Position numbers and translations under genes: made by a program. From positions 23,188,001 to 23,252,000 of the forward strand of contig OZ287755.1 of NCBI GenBank assembly GCA_965649765.1: a stretch of DNA of 64,000 nucleotides, in the 5' to 3' direction. Below are positions 50,828-64,000 of this stretch, piece after piece (within the stretch, counting starts at the first letter, position 1; every line of letters starts with the position of its first letter). The DNA is from Bispira polyomma (lineage: Eukaryota). A model generated the notes under the pieces. It saw only the letters and a list, made by a program, of their open reading frames with translations. It made no database searches and was not told the origin of the DNA.

Positions 50828-53171
50828 ACGAACCTGAACACAGGCTGTAAAAAGTGTTAACTTCTGCCATTTGTTATGTCCAACGGATGTTGTAGACTGT
50901 ATGAACTCAATGTTTTCTCAATATACCTATGTAATTTGAATGTTCACCAACAGTTGTAACCAAAATAAAATGTTTAGTATTTCAATAAAATTTAACACTT
51001 AACACATGATTTTCTGCCAGAATGGCCTGGTGGGTACTTTAGAAAAATTACAATACAGCCAGATCAGTTCTGTCCCAGGCATGATGCTAATATAATTACC
51101 AAGGTGACCATCATGCTCATTTAGGTTCCTTATTGGTCACTAAACGCTTACTAGTAAACAAGACATGACTGGCATGACTCTCAAATACACTACACACAGC
51201 CTACTTTACTTTAAAGCCTACTTGAGTTAAAAGCAGAGACACATCTAACTTTTAAACATGTGGAGTTGGTGATGTAAGGGTTTAACTTTTGGTTAGTTTA
51301 GATTCAACATTGCTTTCAACACATCTTGTGTCCTATTACGATGGACAGTTCACTGGTGGAGGAAAATCAGACTCTGAAAACTATTGTCATTCAGCAAGTC
51401 TACTGCCATCTTTCCCACATACCCGCCAAGGCTGATATTTCAACCCACGACTGCAGAGGTGGGACGAGAGTATGTTACCCCCCTATACCACTGGGGATAC
51501 AGTGGCGGCGAGTTGGCGGAAGTTCTTGTTTTCACCCATTTTAAACACAAAAGATGTCAATTGTACAACTAGTGAGAGAGGCCGGTTGCCCCAATCGCCA
51601 AAGACCCAAGGAAGTTGTAGTCTTAAAAACCAAGGATTGGTTCCTCAACCCAAACCAAACTATTCAGCTTAAGGATAATCTGCTGTCATCGATCTTCAAT
51701 ATCTATGGCAAGATGTTATCTATTAGCACTGGGAATCGGTATACAAACCACAGTTTGCAGTTCAAGTGGCAAGCAAAATGAGCAACTTTCACAACTTCCG
51801 TTGAGTAATAATAATCAGTTCATATAAACATGTTAGCTCGAACATTAACTTACATGGTGTGTAATTTAGTAGTCAACAATATATAATGCATAGTGGTCTA
51901 CTGTTAAACCCACAACCTGCCAAAGCAAACTTAACCTTGTTTAGTTCCAACTGTTAAAACATAAAATTGCTAAAATCAGCACAAGAAAACCCCCACAATA
52001 ATCTGACATGGAACCAATTCCAAAAACTTAAATTAATCTGATATAAAGCACTGTTGTAAGTAACATCGGTTTGTCTTGCTTATACCTTGGTTCCTGTAAG
52101 AACTAATCCTTGTATGGGAATATTATAGTTAGGAGGACGTTATGTTTTCGAATGTGTTTTCAGACTCTGTCAAAGATCTTGTCTACTATATGTAAGACAA
52201 TGTCTACACTTAGCCTTTTGTGAATACTGTGCAGGTTACTAAAGCTTTATAACAGAACCAGGAGATGGACTCGCCTTGTCTGACCCTGCTCAGTATAACG
52301 TACTCATACAGAACATAATCCAGGACAAAAATAACAATCGCTTGTGTGAAGTTACTGGTTGGAGAAAGCTTGCTGCGTTTTACAAATGTGCATTATGATT
52401 GTGTAGATAAATGTAGTTTTCAGACTAGGGCACCGAACACAGTAAAATTCAGATGTAATGGTTATTGAAATCAGTGTGTAAACGACTGCATGACGGCCTC
52501 GTATGGATATCTAGATAGAAAGCAAAGAATATTGGCATTATATGTGTATATCTGGTAAAGTATATACGCTTCTCTTAATTGTTACAAACGTATTCAATAC
52601 AGATAAAGCTTCAATTCACCCAAGTAACAAGTATTGGGTGAACATTGACAATAATGTTATTGCTGTATGTTTGCTAGGCTGGGCCAAAACATGTCTGTGA
52701 CTGGTTAAATAGGTGGTACACAACCACAGCTAAGTGCACAGAACACAACTATAACAAGTAAGGATTGTGTAAACAGTTATTCTCTGTTGATTTATGTATG
52801 GAGTCAGTTTAATTGAGAATAAATGTTTCAGTTGGAATATGTAGCAAGTAAATAGAAGGGACTAAAATAGCACTACCATAATAGTTACTTTCGCTTTTGT
52901 TATCACGTTCAGTACTTCGCCAAGAAAATATTGATACTTGCACTTTAGCATGTTTTCATCACTTGGAGTATACATAATTTGAGAGTAAAAATACAGCACA
53001 TTAATATATGATAGTCGGCGACTATCATATATTAATGTGCTGTATTTTTTTATATATATATAGGTCTTTTTTAATATCAATGGGTCATTTCCTGTTGGAT
53101 GACATGCTACCTGTTAGCTATTGAACAGAAATCGTTAACTCATTGGAAAAAAGTGCTTTTTTCTTCCTTAA

Positions 53172-53398
53172 CATCTGGTGGATCTAGTGTTTGTAGGGAG
53201 CAAGACTCGGGGACCAATATCTGGTACATCTAGTATTTGTGGGGTGCAAGACTCAGGAACCAATATCTCGTGGATCTGGTGTTTGTGGGGTGCAAAACTC
53301 GGGGACCAATATCGGGTAGATCTAGTATTTGTGGGGTGCAAGACTCAGGAACCAATATCTGGTAGATCCTGTGTTTGTCGGGAGCAAGACTCTAGAAC
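53172..53398. repeat. 46-bp minisatellite, ~5 copies
   Basis: Unit of the form gatctagtatttgtggggtgcaagactcaggaaccaatatctggta. Confidence 0.85.
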
Positions 53399-53942
53399 CT
53401 GAAAGCCTGTGACTTCACACTTCAAAGGTTGGTGTGCTCAATGTGTCAATATCGGTCTCTATAGTTCAGGGTGTCAACACCAGAAATGATCTAGTCATTG
53501 TCTGACTAGCATGTCGTGTAGTATTGTTGCAGTTATATATTTCTTTTTTCATAAACACAAGATCCACCTCACATGTGTAATTTCTAACTATTACATTTGT
53601 CATACCATAGTAAAGAAATACCATACAACTAAATATTATGTAAATTTTTTCTTCTCAGGCATTGTGTATAATAATTGATGGCATAGCTGTAACATATACA
53701 TGTGTATATACAAGTATAAGTTAATGAGAAGGTTAATTAATTTTTATATATCTATATATTATTCTATGTATATGCTACATTGGTTTAAGTACAAAGACAA
53801 GAAATCTCAGTGTATAAACTGAGGGGGGGGGGGGGGGGGGGTAAATGTTTTCTGAACTGCTTCTACACAATTGTGTAATAGAAGGAGTATGTTACTCTAC
53901 ACAAATGTGCAGTTTTTATTCGTTATTTCAGACCACAAAGTC

Positions 53943-56900
53943 ATGACACATAACGTGGGTGGGTACACTGTGGACTTGGTCAGACCCCTGGGAAGTGGTA
54001 CCTTTGGTACTGTACACAAAGCCACTAAAGGCTCCAAGCAGTTTGCAGTCAAGAAGTTTAAGAGGGGTGACATGTATGACCAGAAGAAGATTGAAGAAGA
54101 AATCCAGGCCATGACCAAACTCAATGGTATGTTCAGACCTGCATCATGTCAGGTCTGTGCAATTAGTGGCATGATTGGTGAAATATGCTAGTCAGGTGTA
54201 CACTCCAATATATGTGAGGAAAACTATTTTAATTTCATTGCATAATATGGGCAAGTTGACATAGGAAATATTTTTAATTTTCTTTTTCGGAAAAGAAGTC
54301 AAAACTCGGAGGCTTCCCTGTTGATGTTTGCATTTCAAGAAATTCAACTAATTCATAAATAACTGTGACCACTTAATTAAACAACAAAAAGGAAGATAGA
54401 AAGCTGTATGCCAAAATATAGAAACTATTTTATTCTACAATGCCAATATGGTACCACACATATATTTGTGAAGCAATCAGTGAATAAGTCAATTTTGGCT
54501 AATTATGTATGTGAAAATTGCTTTCATAGATGTCTATTACTGAAAGGTAAGATTTGATTAAAACTATTTTGGCCCTTTCATAAATTGTGCAACTCTCCTG
54601 AACTTTATGCAACTTGTATAAAATTACTAGCCAGTTACCACAACTTTAATAAACATTTTTACACTATTCCTGGGAAAAGCTATTTAATTTCCTGTTAAAC
54701 AAGATCGTGCACATAATAGTAGCTTCATAAGATATTTTAGTATGAAACAATAGGAAAATATAAATTTGGGTGAGTGGAAAAGAGTTCATCAATTGAAATA
54801 TTCAGATAATAGAAGTTTGGATAATGGAGGTTTGACTGTATATACATATTGAAAAGTTTTCTTGCTGGTATCTTTTCATCAACTGGTTTCTGTGAACTAA
54901 TTATCTTCACAGTCTGTGGACCTTCCTCAGTACCAATAAACTCCATTGGTTTTGTCATCACTTTGTGTCTGGTAAATACTAGAAATGTTGATGTTCTCTA
55001 TTTTTGGAAATCAAACTGTGGTGGTCAGGAATCCTAGTTCTTTTAAATAACTCATTGACTCAACTTTTCTGTAAAATCTGTTTTTTCATCACTGTTATTA
55101 GAAATTATTTAAATTTTTCAGAAATGTACATGACTATGAACAGCTTTTAAGAGTGATACTGTGTTTGGTTATAAGAATTTTGTTTTCAGATACAAGTAAT
55201 GTAAGTGGTCTCTAATAATAGTATTCACCACTTTATCGCTATATTTTTTCCTTCAATTTTTTTATGTTGTTGTTTTTTGTGTAATTTGTGTAATGGACCT
55301 AGTGAATTAAATTGGAAATAAACAAAAATAAAAAAAAAAAAAACTCAATATGTATTATGCAATGCAGGAAAAAAACAAATAGGGAGTGAAAATGTCTCAA
55401 TAAAATGTGACATGATCAGTACTGTTGAACTCAATCTTCAAAATATTCAATTCGGTGGATTTCATTTCATCATTTCTTCCAGATTCAAGATTCTAGGTGT
55501 GTTTTCATATAAAAATTTTTTTACAGGTCACGAGTTCATTATTGCTGTGATGGACTGTATAAAAGATGTGAGTGGTATTTGGCTGGTGATGGAGTTTGGA
55601 GATCTTGGAGACTTACAGAATTACTTGGACAAGAATAAGTTGGACCTATATGGGAAGACCAGACTGATGTACCAAATAGCCAGTGGTCTGAGCCACATCC
55701 ACAGCAATAACATAGTTCACAGGGACCTGAAACCCCAAAATGTCATCCTCAAAAACCAAGATGGCCGCCCAGTTGCCAAAATCACCGATTTTGGAGAGGC
55801 TAAGATTTTTGAGGGCACGTCTCCAGGGGCCATGATGAATGAAATGATGAAGACTGTAGTAGGTACCCAGTTCTTCTGGGCGCCAGAGCTATGTCATGCC
55901 TCTGATATTGCTAGCACAAGTGGCATGTTCCTCGGCGAATACAAGGCATCTGTGGATGTCTTTGCTATTGGTCTGATCTTTCTGGTCATCCTTCAAGGTG
56001 GGGGATATCCACTCTCAGGTGAAACAAACACATTTCCTAGTTATTTTCAAAATAATAGCAGTTGTAGGCTAGAATGCAGTTTGCTGGTACCAATATGACA
56101 TCACTTACTCAACTACAAAATTTAAAGAAGAGGTTTGGGGGGCTTTGTCCCCATCTTTTGCCAAACTATTTTTTTTGTCATAAACTGTCTATTAATGCTG
56201 AATTTTATCTTATTTATGTAATATTTGCTTTAAAAAGAAAACGTATAAGTTATATTCTTTCCGCCATTTTGAATGGTTTATGAATGAACATCATTGGTAC
56301 CAGCAAAGCACATTTGCTCCTAGTTTTATACCAATCAAAGGTAGACATTGGGATTGGAACTTATTTAACAATTAAACGCTTCCAAATGGTCAGTCATATA
56401 GATTATATTATGTCTGAACTTGAAAACTCATATGTTTGATGCACAATTAAGTTTTTATGGATGAGTATTTGGGTCAATTAGAAAATAATCAGATGTAATA
56501 AATTCTGCTCTATACGCTTTATTAACAAGGTTGTTGATATATCTTCAGTACCACATAGTTTGAAAATTAGTTGCATAAATTGTTAACACAAGTCTTATAT
56601 TTTAATTCATTCAAATAGATCATCAAATTTGTAACCACTCCATTATTGTTAGCTTTCTATAGTAGGTGAGGGAGTTGTAAAGTTCTAGTTATTGTACATT
56701 ACTGTACCACAGGATATTATTTGTCACACAAAGCCTACATCATTTCAGAACAAGGACAAAAAGATTTCAAGGCTAAGAAAGTTAGCAGGGTGGTGCCAAT
56801 AGGAAGGGAACTGCTAGACAACAAAAAGCCAGTTGTTGTAAAACAAGAGAAGAAAGACAGTGGAGAGCTGAAAGAAATCAAGTCCCTTATCTTGCGCATG

Positions 56901-56993
56901 ATAATCAAAGATGCAGAGCGACGTGTCGATGTCTCAGAGGTTATCAGCAGATTACAACCTTTCTTCCCTGGTCTGTACACATACCTAACTTAG
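53943..56993 (+). CDS. Ser/Thr protein kinase (3 coding exons; true 3' end uncertain)
   Basis: Exons 53943 (acceptor at 53932)-54126, 55527-56018 and 56749-56970/56993, with phase-1 introns. Motifs GSGTFGTV, AVKK, HRDLKPQN, DFG, WAPE, DVFAIG, and subdomain XI Arg. Confidence 0.88.
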
Positions 56994-57150
56994 AGGTTAT
57001 CAGCAGACTACAGTCTTTGTTCCTTGGTCTGTACGCATACCTAACTTAGAGGTTATCAGCAGACTACAGCCTTTGTTCCTTGGTCTGTACACACACGTAA
57101 CTTAGAGGTTATCAGCAGACTACAACCTTTCTTCCCTGGTCTGTACACAT
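56936..57150. repeat. 57-bp tandem repeat (~4 copies) at the 3' end of kinase exon 3
   Basis: Unit agaggttatcagcagactacaacctttcttccctggtctgtacacatacctaactt. Confidence 0.9.
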
Positions 57151-57154
57151 ACAT

Positions 57155-59350
57155 ACCCTATGGCGATCAGCAAAATATCCAGAATTGCTTAAAATTCCAT
57201 TAAACTTGCAATAATATCTTGATAGCGACCACAACTTGTATTGGTACAAATTTGAACCCTGCAGTTCTGTATTAAGGTCAATTAATTATCATGTCTTGCT
57301 GCTACTTTAGTACTAATTTTAGGGCCTTGGACTGTGTTATGGTGTCAGTATGAAATCAGGGATATTGAATTAAATGGCATAGTCAGATTTGACCTTTGAC
57401 CATGGGTCCAATGTCAAACTGGTGTCATGAAGGCAAATTTATTATACTTTGTTTAGTACAAATAAATGTTCATGGCATTTTAGATCCGGCTATTATTTTT
57501 TTTGATATTTCCTGTTTCCTGTAAAAACAGGACTTTCTTTGGCAATCTTCATCTCCAAAACCACTGAAAGCATCAGTCTCAAATTTTGCATACAAATACC
57601 TTTCAGGATTCATAAAATGTAAGCACTACAAAAAATGTGTTCATGGTGTACTGTTTACATTTACATTAGGTTTAATGTTAAACTGGGGTCATAGGTCAAT
57701 TTGCAGTGTTTTGTATCATTTCTCAGAAAGTAGTACTTGTTACAATGTCATTAAACTGGCTAGAATATCTCGGTGGGGCTTAAGAAGCTTACTAGCAAGG
57801 ACCGTGTAGGTCTGTTTCAAGGAATGTATTATGTGTCCAGGGACAGCCATATTTATTGCACAGGTCAGGTTTGGCCTGTAACTTTGCGTTAAGGTCAAAC
57901 TCGGCTAATAAAGGTCAATTTCCAGTATTTTGTATCATATTTAAAACACTCGTAACACAGAAATTAGGAAATCTTTAGGAATGGTCAACCATACACTTAC
58001 TAACACTGTCCAATACCTGCTCAGCTTTGTTGATATAACTGTATATTACACTTATTCTTGTGCATCATATTTGCTTTTGAACTATTGACCATCTGTGAAC
58101 TTAGGAGTTAAAATTTTAGGACGACTTTAAGTTTACAGCATGTTTCAGTCATTCTGGACTCTAACTCCAAAACTGCTTAATAGATTTCATTCATATTTGA
58201 TGCACAGATGTATATAGACCTGAAGAGGAACCCTATTGTATGGTGACCTTAAACTTCTAACAGTTAAAATTTTATGACAACTTTAAGGTTACAACATATT
58301 TCAGCCTTTTTGGACTCTAGCTCCAAATCTGCTTTATGGATTTAATTCATATTTACCACACAAATGTATATGCACTTGAGGAGGAACCCTATTGTAAGGT
58401 GACCTTAAACTCCTAGAGTTAAAATTTTATGGTGCCTATAGTGTTACAGCATATTTTAGTCTTTCCAGACTTAACTCCAAAACTTCTAGATGGATTTCAT
58501 TCATATATAACCCAACCTCCCTAAAACGGATTATTATTTTGTGAAAAACGTTTTTTGGTTCTCGTAAAATTTTGAAATGCTTTGAAATAAAATATCTAGC
58601 CCCGTATTCAAAAAGGGACTAAAGATTTTTGCAAAAGTTAAAAATTTTGACTTTTTCCAAAAATTCAGCCGAAATCGCTCTATCTCGCACCGTTTCTAAG
58701 ATATTAAAGATTTTTCATTTTCTTTGTTGAGATTAAGGAATTTTGCAAAATTTTGACTTTTTCCCTAAATTCAGCAGAAATCACCCTATCTTGCACCATT
58801 TCTGAGATATTAAGGTTTTTCATTTTGTTAGTTGAGATTTAGAATTTTTTGCAGAATTTTGACTTTTTTTAAAAAAATTTTTTTTTTTTAATTTTGACTT
58901 GTTTGAAAATTTTGAAAATTTTTGAATTTTAAAAAAAATTTGAATTTTTTTAGGCAAGCCCCAAATTCAACCGAAATCACTCTATCTTGCACCGTTTCCA
59001 AGATATTGAGGATTTTTAATTTTCTTTGTTTCGAAAAATCGTAACGTTTAATTAATCGTTAATAAGTCGGCTATTTTGTATCGGATCACTTCACAAAGTT
59101 ATCTACTTCCAGACATCTATATAATAAACCTACTTGCCAAATTTCATGAGAATAGGTAAAAAGCTTTTCAAGTTATCATCCAGACAAACACACCCCCGAA
59201 AAAAATGTTTTGGGTTATGTGACATCTTTGATTGGTCGAAATGTAATGACACCATATTTAAAATGTTCCCAGGGCTACTGCATACATGTGCCAAATTTGA
59301 AGAGAATCCGCCGAGTGGTTGTTGAGCTATAGCCAATAGAAAACACTGAA
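57155..59350. repeat. Composite of non-autonomous repeats (Helitron/Helentron-like style) with internal ~156-bp and ~100-bp tandem units
   Basis: ~156-bp units at 58105, 58261 and 58416; repeated aaattcagccgaaatcgctctatctcgcaccgtttc at 58660-59000, with related inverted sequence near 62980. The family assignment is a guess. Confidence 0.45.
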
Positions 59351-60540
59351 ACACAAATTTTATATAGTGGTTGCAATTGTGTCAGCCAATCAGAATCGCA
59401 CACACAGCAGTGTTAGTGTACTTTTATTGTATATTATTTGATATGTACCATATCGGTATCTGATAACAGAAAATCAGCTACTATATAGGATGTAAGGGAT
59501 GAGGGGATATATTTATTTTTAACAAATTCTATCTCCATAAATGCAGATTTTGATGCTTATAGTGGCCGCTTTGTCGCCAATCGGCTATCCATCAGTTAAA
59601 AAGGCTGTCATTGGCGGCACAATACTCGGTCTAGTGTTGTAAGTACTTTATATTTTACAGATGGCTTTTTAGCTGGATAAAATTTCTTATGTTGATTTAA
59701 AAAGAGCTGTAAGTGATAATATCTTGTATTGAAGGTGTACCTTTCTTCACAACACCAAAAAAAGATATTACTAAATTTTAATTAAATTTTATTTTTAATA
59801 CTGTATTTACAAATATAATATTTTCAGGGACTTATGTAAAATTCTGTTATTGCTTCCTTCCAAGTTATATGTGTAGTCATTTTAGTGGCGACTCGCCGGT
59901 AATTTATAACTATATAGGTTCAAATGCCAAGCGTTTTGATCTACCAGATGTTTCGACCCATTTTTCAATTGGACATTTCATCCTGATATTCAGTGATTTC
60001 GACCCATTTATCTCTAATGTAGCGTTCACACTGTATTCTACAATGTATTCATAAGTGACTGTCGGAAATAGACAACCATCAATAATAAGTAACACAATGA
60101 TACTAACAGTCATCAATTCAGCCGCTAGTGGCTGTTACTATCGAATACAGGTGACAAAAATATTTAGTATCCCTGCACTTCTAATTATTGATCACTTAGC
60201 TTTGCCTTCTTATATTTTCACTTCAAGTGATCAATAATAGGAAGGTTGACAATACTTGTGTCTCAGATACTACTGAAAAGCATTCAGGTCGGTGGCCCCA
60301 CTGGGGCGCACATTTTTTGTTTTCAAGTTTAGAATATGCTAGGTTTCAGAAACTTCACCAAGCATAAATTAACACCATTAACTAGACAATGTTTTAGAAT
60401 CTTGGACAAAATATGATATTAAAAAATTTGGTGGGACTTGAAATTTAGACTTTGGCTCTGGATGAACACTGGATTGAAAACAAACTTTTTACTGTACCGT
60501 GCCTGACTTGTAAGGCTGATGCAACAGGTTCCTCCACTTT

Positions 60541-60750
60541 TATTTTTTTTTTAAGCATGCATTTTTAACGCGCTTTATTGATGCTAGCCATCTTTTACAG
60601 TGCAACAGCAGAATCAGTAATCCAATTGTAAAGTCCATGGCCGTAGCATGGTGGTAAGGGTAGGCGAGTTAACAGCTGGTTAATGAAAAAGCAGCCAGAC
60701 TGGGTGTTAATCCACCCCATAGCGTCCGGCGGCTAGGGGCGCAACTCATT
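60541..60750 (-). mobile_element. Second copy of the short non-LTR retroposon 3' fragment
   Basis: The reverse complement aligns gap-free over 51 codons with 21029-21181; AATAAA and an A-rich tail follow. Confidence 0.8.
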
Positions 60751-61193
60751 TATCACCCGGGTTCATTCGGCTTCTGTTAACTTTTCAAAAAATTTCTGAA
60801 TTTGCCGGCCATATTAAATTTCTGTGTTTTTTTTGAAAATATCCATTATCTCTGAAATGGTAAGATTTCGAATTCATTTTGAATTTTAGCCGCTATGTTA
60901 ACTTCAACTTTACTTTAACCTTCTACACTAAAACATCTACATTATTATGAACATTTTTATTGTTAACTAAAACAAACATTTTGTTGGTAGGTAAATCTAT
61001 ATATATCTGAAAAGTACTGTCCCACCTTAAAGCAAATTTACTACGTGGCCCTATGGGCCACTCTTATCTGTTTTTTTCTTAGGTTCTTTACATACCAGTA
61101 CATCTGTAAGGTATGTGAGGGTATAGATAGAACTACTACACAGACACAATGTTTGCTTACAAACTTAGAGCTATATTAGTTGTGTTTGAGCAG

Positions 61194-62692
61194 ATGTCAA
61201 GCCAGTGCCAGCATCCACGGAGGATCCTAGTGTACCTCATGTACTGGTAGTGGCTGTTGATTTTGGGACGACATTCAGCGGCTATGCTTTCTCCTTTACA
61301 AGTAATCCAGAAAACATCCTCATGAACAAGGATTGGGATGCTAAGCCTGTAAGAATATCTACTTATTAAGTTTGCCACAGTGACACATGTCTATGGCTGT
61401 TGGTATTGTTCTTCCCTGTGGTTACAAATGGGTTAATATACCTTGTCTAAATTGGTGTGCACAAAGATTCTCATTCTTACATTGATTTTACTATAATTGT
61501 TTCAGTAAATCTGATTAACTGAAACTAAAATGTGATAGCGTTAGAGTGTGAATACCGCATAGACTGCTATGTGTGTTATAGGGGTAACAAGCTATTAATA
61601 TATTATTTGTGCTATGCTGTCCAACATCAGAGTTTGTTCCAGCTCATTTACAGAAAAAGTAGTGCACCAAATTTCACCCAATTTAATACATGTTTTTATT
61701 ATGGCTATTACCTTGCTTGAGATTGATTTTAGACCCGTTCCCAAAATAAAATGGCTGCCATTGACATAATGTGAAAATGGTTTTTGCTTTTTTAAGGGGT
61801 AAATACACATTCACCGAATTTAATACATGTTTTTATTATGGCTATAACCTTGCTCAAGATTGATTTTGGACCCATTCCCCATCAAAAATATTGCTACCCT
61901 TGAAGTTAACAGGAAAACGGTTTCCGTTGATTTAAAGAAAGAACATTGTGCTATCTTCACCAAATTTAATGCATGTTTATGATGGGTAATGCTTGGTTGA
62001 TGATTGTTTTTGGGCCCATTCATTGATGTTCATATCAAAATGGTTTCCGCTCATTTAACAGCATAGAAATACAGCTATCTTTACTGAATTTCATCATGGG
62101 TACAGCATCATGAGTATAGCTTGCTTAGGATTGATTTTTGGTCCATTTTGAAAAAAATTGGTGCCGCTAAATTGAGAATGGTTTCTAAAAGGATTTCATT
62201 TCTGATAGTCTGCGTCAAAGTATGACCCATTCTTGATGGCCCCTGTTGAGTTGGCGCAATCTAGTTGAATATGTTTAGAGAAATTTTCTGTAGCATACAT
62301 TGTTTTATTTACTTAATAAGCAATAAGTATTGCACTTCCTTTTAAAACCTACCGTTTGTCTTTATATTGTAGAGTGTAGTAATGATGACAGTGTGTTTAC
62401 CCAGGGGTCAATAACCAACATAGATCTATTTATTGTAAATGAGAATTACCTTAGACCTGATATATTATTTCTACATGTACTGTCATGTTTTTTCAGTAAA
62501 CAATATAAGTAACCACAATGAGACTTTAAAATCATAATTGTGTCAGATCAGTTTGATTACAAGCTGTTTGGGAGACATATGTTACTGTTTGCATTGTATA
62601 TTACAGGGTTTTACCTCCTACAAAGCTCCAACCAGTGTTTTAACAGACAAGAAAGGAAAGTTTGTCAGTTTTGGCTATGCTGCAGAGAAAAT
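61194..62692 (+). CDS. HSPA12: HSPA12-like copy 4, N-terminal exons (continues beyond window)
   Basis: Exon 61194-61348 ([23 protein letters not shown]) and exon 62607-62692 ([21 protein letters not shown]); GT-AG. Missed by the ORF track. Confidence 0.85.
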
Positions 62693-63310
62693 GTAAGTTC
62701 GGTCTCAGCAGAGAGCAAATTGAGGTATAGGTTCGGTTACACATTTTTGGATCAATTGAGTCATAATTGACTGATTAACAGGGCCGATCAATTGTACAAA
62801 TAGGAGAAAAAAGTGTTGATCGGTGCTTTTATGGTTTTTTTTTTAAAGTTTAGACCAGTACATGCAGCGCATAAGAGAAGCCTAATTTTCATTTATATTT
62901 TACCCCGTCTCAAAATAAATGATCGTTACTGAGATATAATGATTTAAATTTTGAAAATGTCGAAAATTCAGGTTTCTTATCTCGGAAACGGTGTGAGATA
63001 CAGCAATTTCGAGCTGATTTACGGTTTATTCTGGTTGTATCAACTTTTTAAAAACATTTTCCATTTTGGCTTGATTTTCTGCGTCATTTTTAAAAACTTT
63101 TGTTATCTGAGAAACAGTGCAGTATAGGCAACTTTGTCATTACAATGAAATTTAAATTAACTTTGTACACTAAAACAACTATATTATTGTTTTTACTTCA
63201 GGGATGCTTCGTCATTTTTGTTTTTAAAAACAGTTTTTTAGTTTTAAATCAAAAATGACTTACAGGTCCATATTTGACGTACTGTCTATCTGTTAATGTT
63301 AATGTTTTTA

Positions 63311-63355
63311 CTTCTATAGTGCCACAATCGATGACCAGGCATCCTCTGTGGCGCA
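63311..63355 (-). mobile_element. L2 3'-tail copy
   Basis: Reverse complement tgcgccacagaggatgcctggtcatcgattgtggcactatagaag matches the L2 tail at ~13115-13160. Confidence 0.7.
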
Positions 63356-64000
63356 TATCATCTGGAATGCAAATGAAACTTGACAGACTTGATAAATCTA
63401 AAAAATAAGTAATTCAGCAACTTTGTTAGCATACTAGTTTGTCGTAATGGAATTAGGGCCAAGATGTCCCCAAACCAAGGTCGTCCTCAGGGTGTCCAGA
63501 GGTTTTGCTGTATTTACAATTGGCTGTATAGTTTTTTCACTGTTAAAGTTGGGGGTTTCGCTAGATACATATTCTAATTGTCAACATTTTTGACTTTTTC
63601 CCGAAAATTAAATTTGATTAAATAGCTGTATCTATTTGGATACTTTACCTAAAATTTTCGTTTTGGTATGATTGAGTAGAAATCTGTTATAATGTCTTTT
63701 ATGGTAGGCATCTCCATGTTTAATTCAAATAAATGATTATTTAAGTATTGATAGTTAAAGTTCCACTGTATATTTTAAATACAAGTTTTTGGAGTGAATG
63801 TCACTGATTAAGTGCTTGTATATCAGTAAATATAGGTAATACCGATTTTCAGATAATATATTCATAAAGTCAGATAAATATGATTTCTGTTGCTTTTTAC
63901 GAAAGGAAAATATATTATATACCGTAATAGCTGAGAAAGTTCAAACTCAAGGGGTGAAAGAGTTTTCCCACAAACCAACCAAAAAGAACAGCGAAAATGT

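Noticed and set aside
61083-61110. 28-nt micro-exon as a coding link to HSPA12 copy 4
   Set aside because: The splice signals look good, but its length does not fit a phase-1 to phase-1 join, so it is not called.

Overview
AT-rich, intron-containing animal genomic DNA. A lophotrochozoan invertebrate is my inference from the HSPA12 expansion and the repeat landscape. The + strand carries a tandem cluster of four HSP70-family member 12 (HSPA12-like) genes: copy 1 is cut by the window start and has a frameshift, copies 2 and 3 are complete six-exon genes, and copy 4 is cut by the window end. A three-exon Ser/Thr protein kinase lies just upstream of copy 4 and may be spliced in frame onto it. Three full-length tyrosine-recombinase retrotransposons of different families (DIRS order, Ngaro-like; gag, RT/RNaseH, YR; split direct repeats A1...B1A2...B2) sit at 4052-11059 (-), 17467-24557 (+) and 25967-32348 (-). 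Comparing them shows shared hidden features: (i) a conserved phase-1 intron that would join the N-terminal half of Gag to the recombinase, (ii) a ~150-nt structured RNA between A2 and B2 with GU-wobble swaps and a GNRA loop, (iii) a C-rich tract exactly abutting A2, and (iv) an ACTG/T junction. The rest is LINE relics, a tRNA-SINE, MITEs and minisatellites, several of which start at splice donors. All coordinates and alignments were read by eye; no database search was run.
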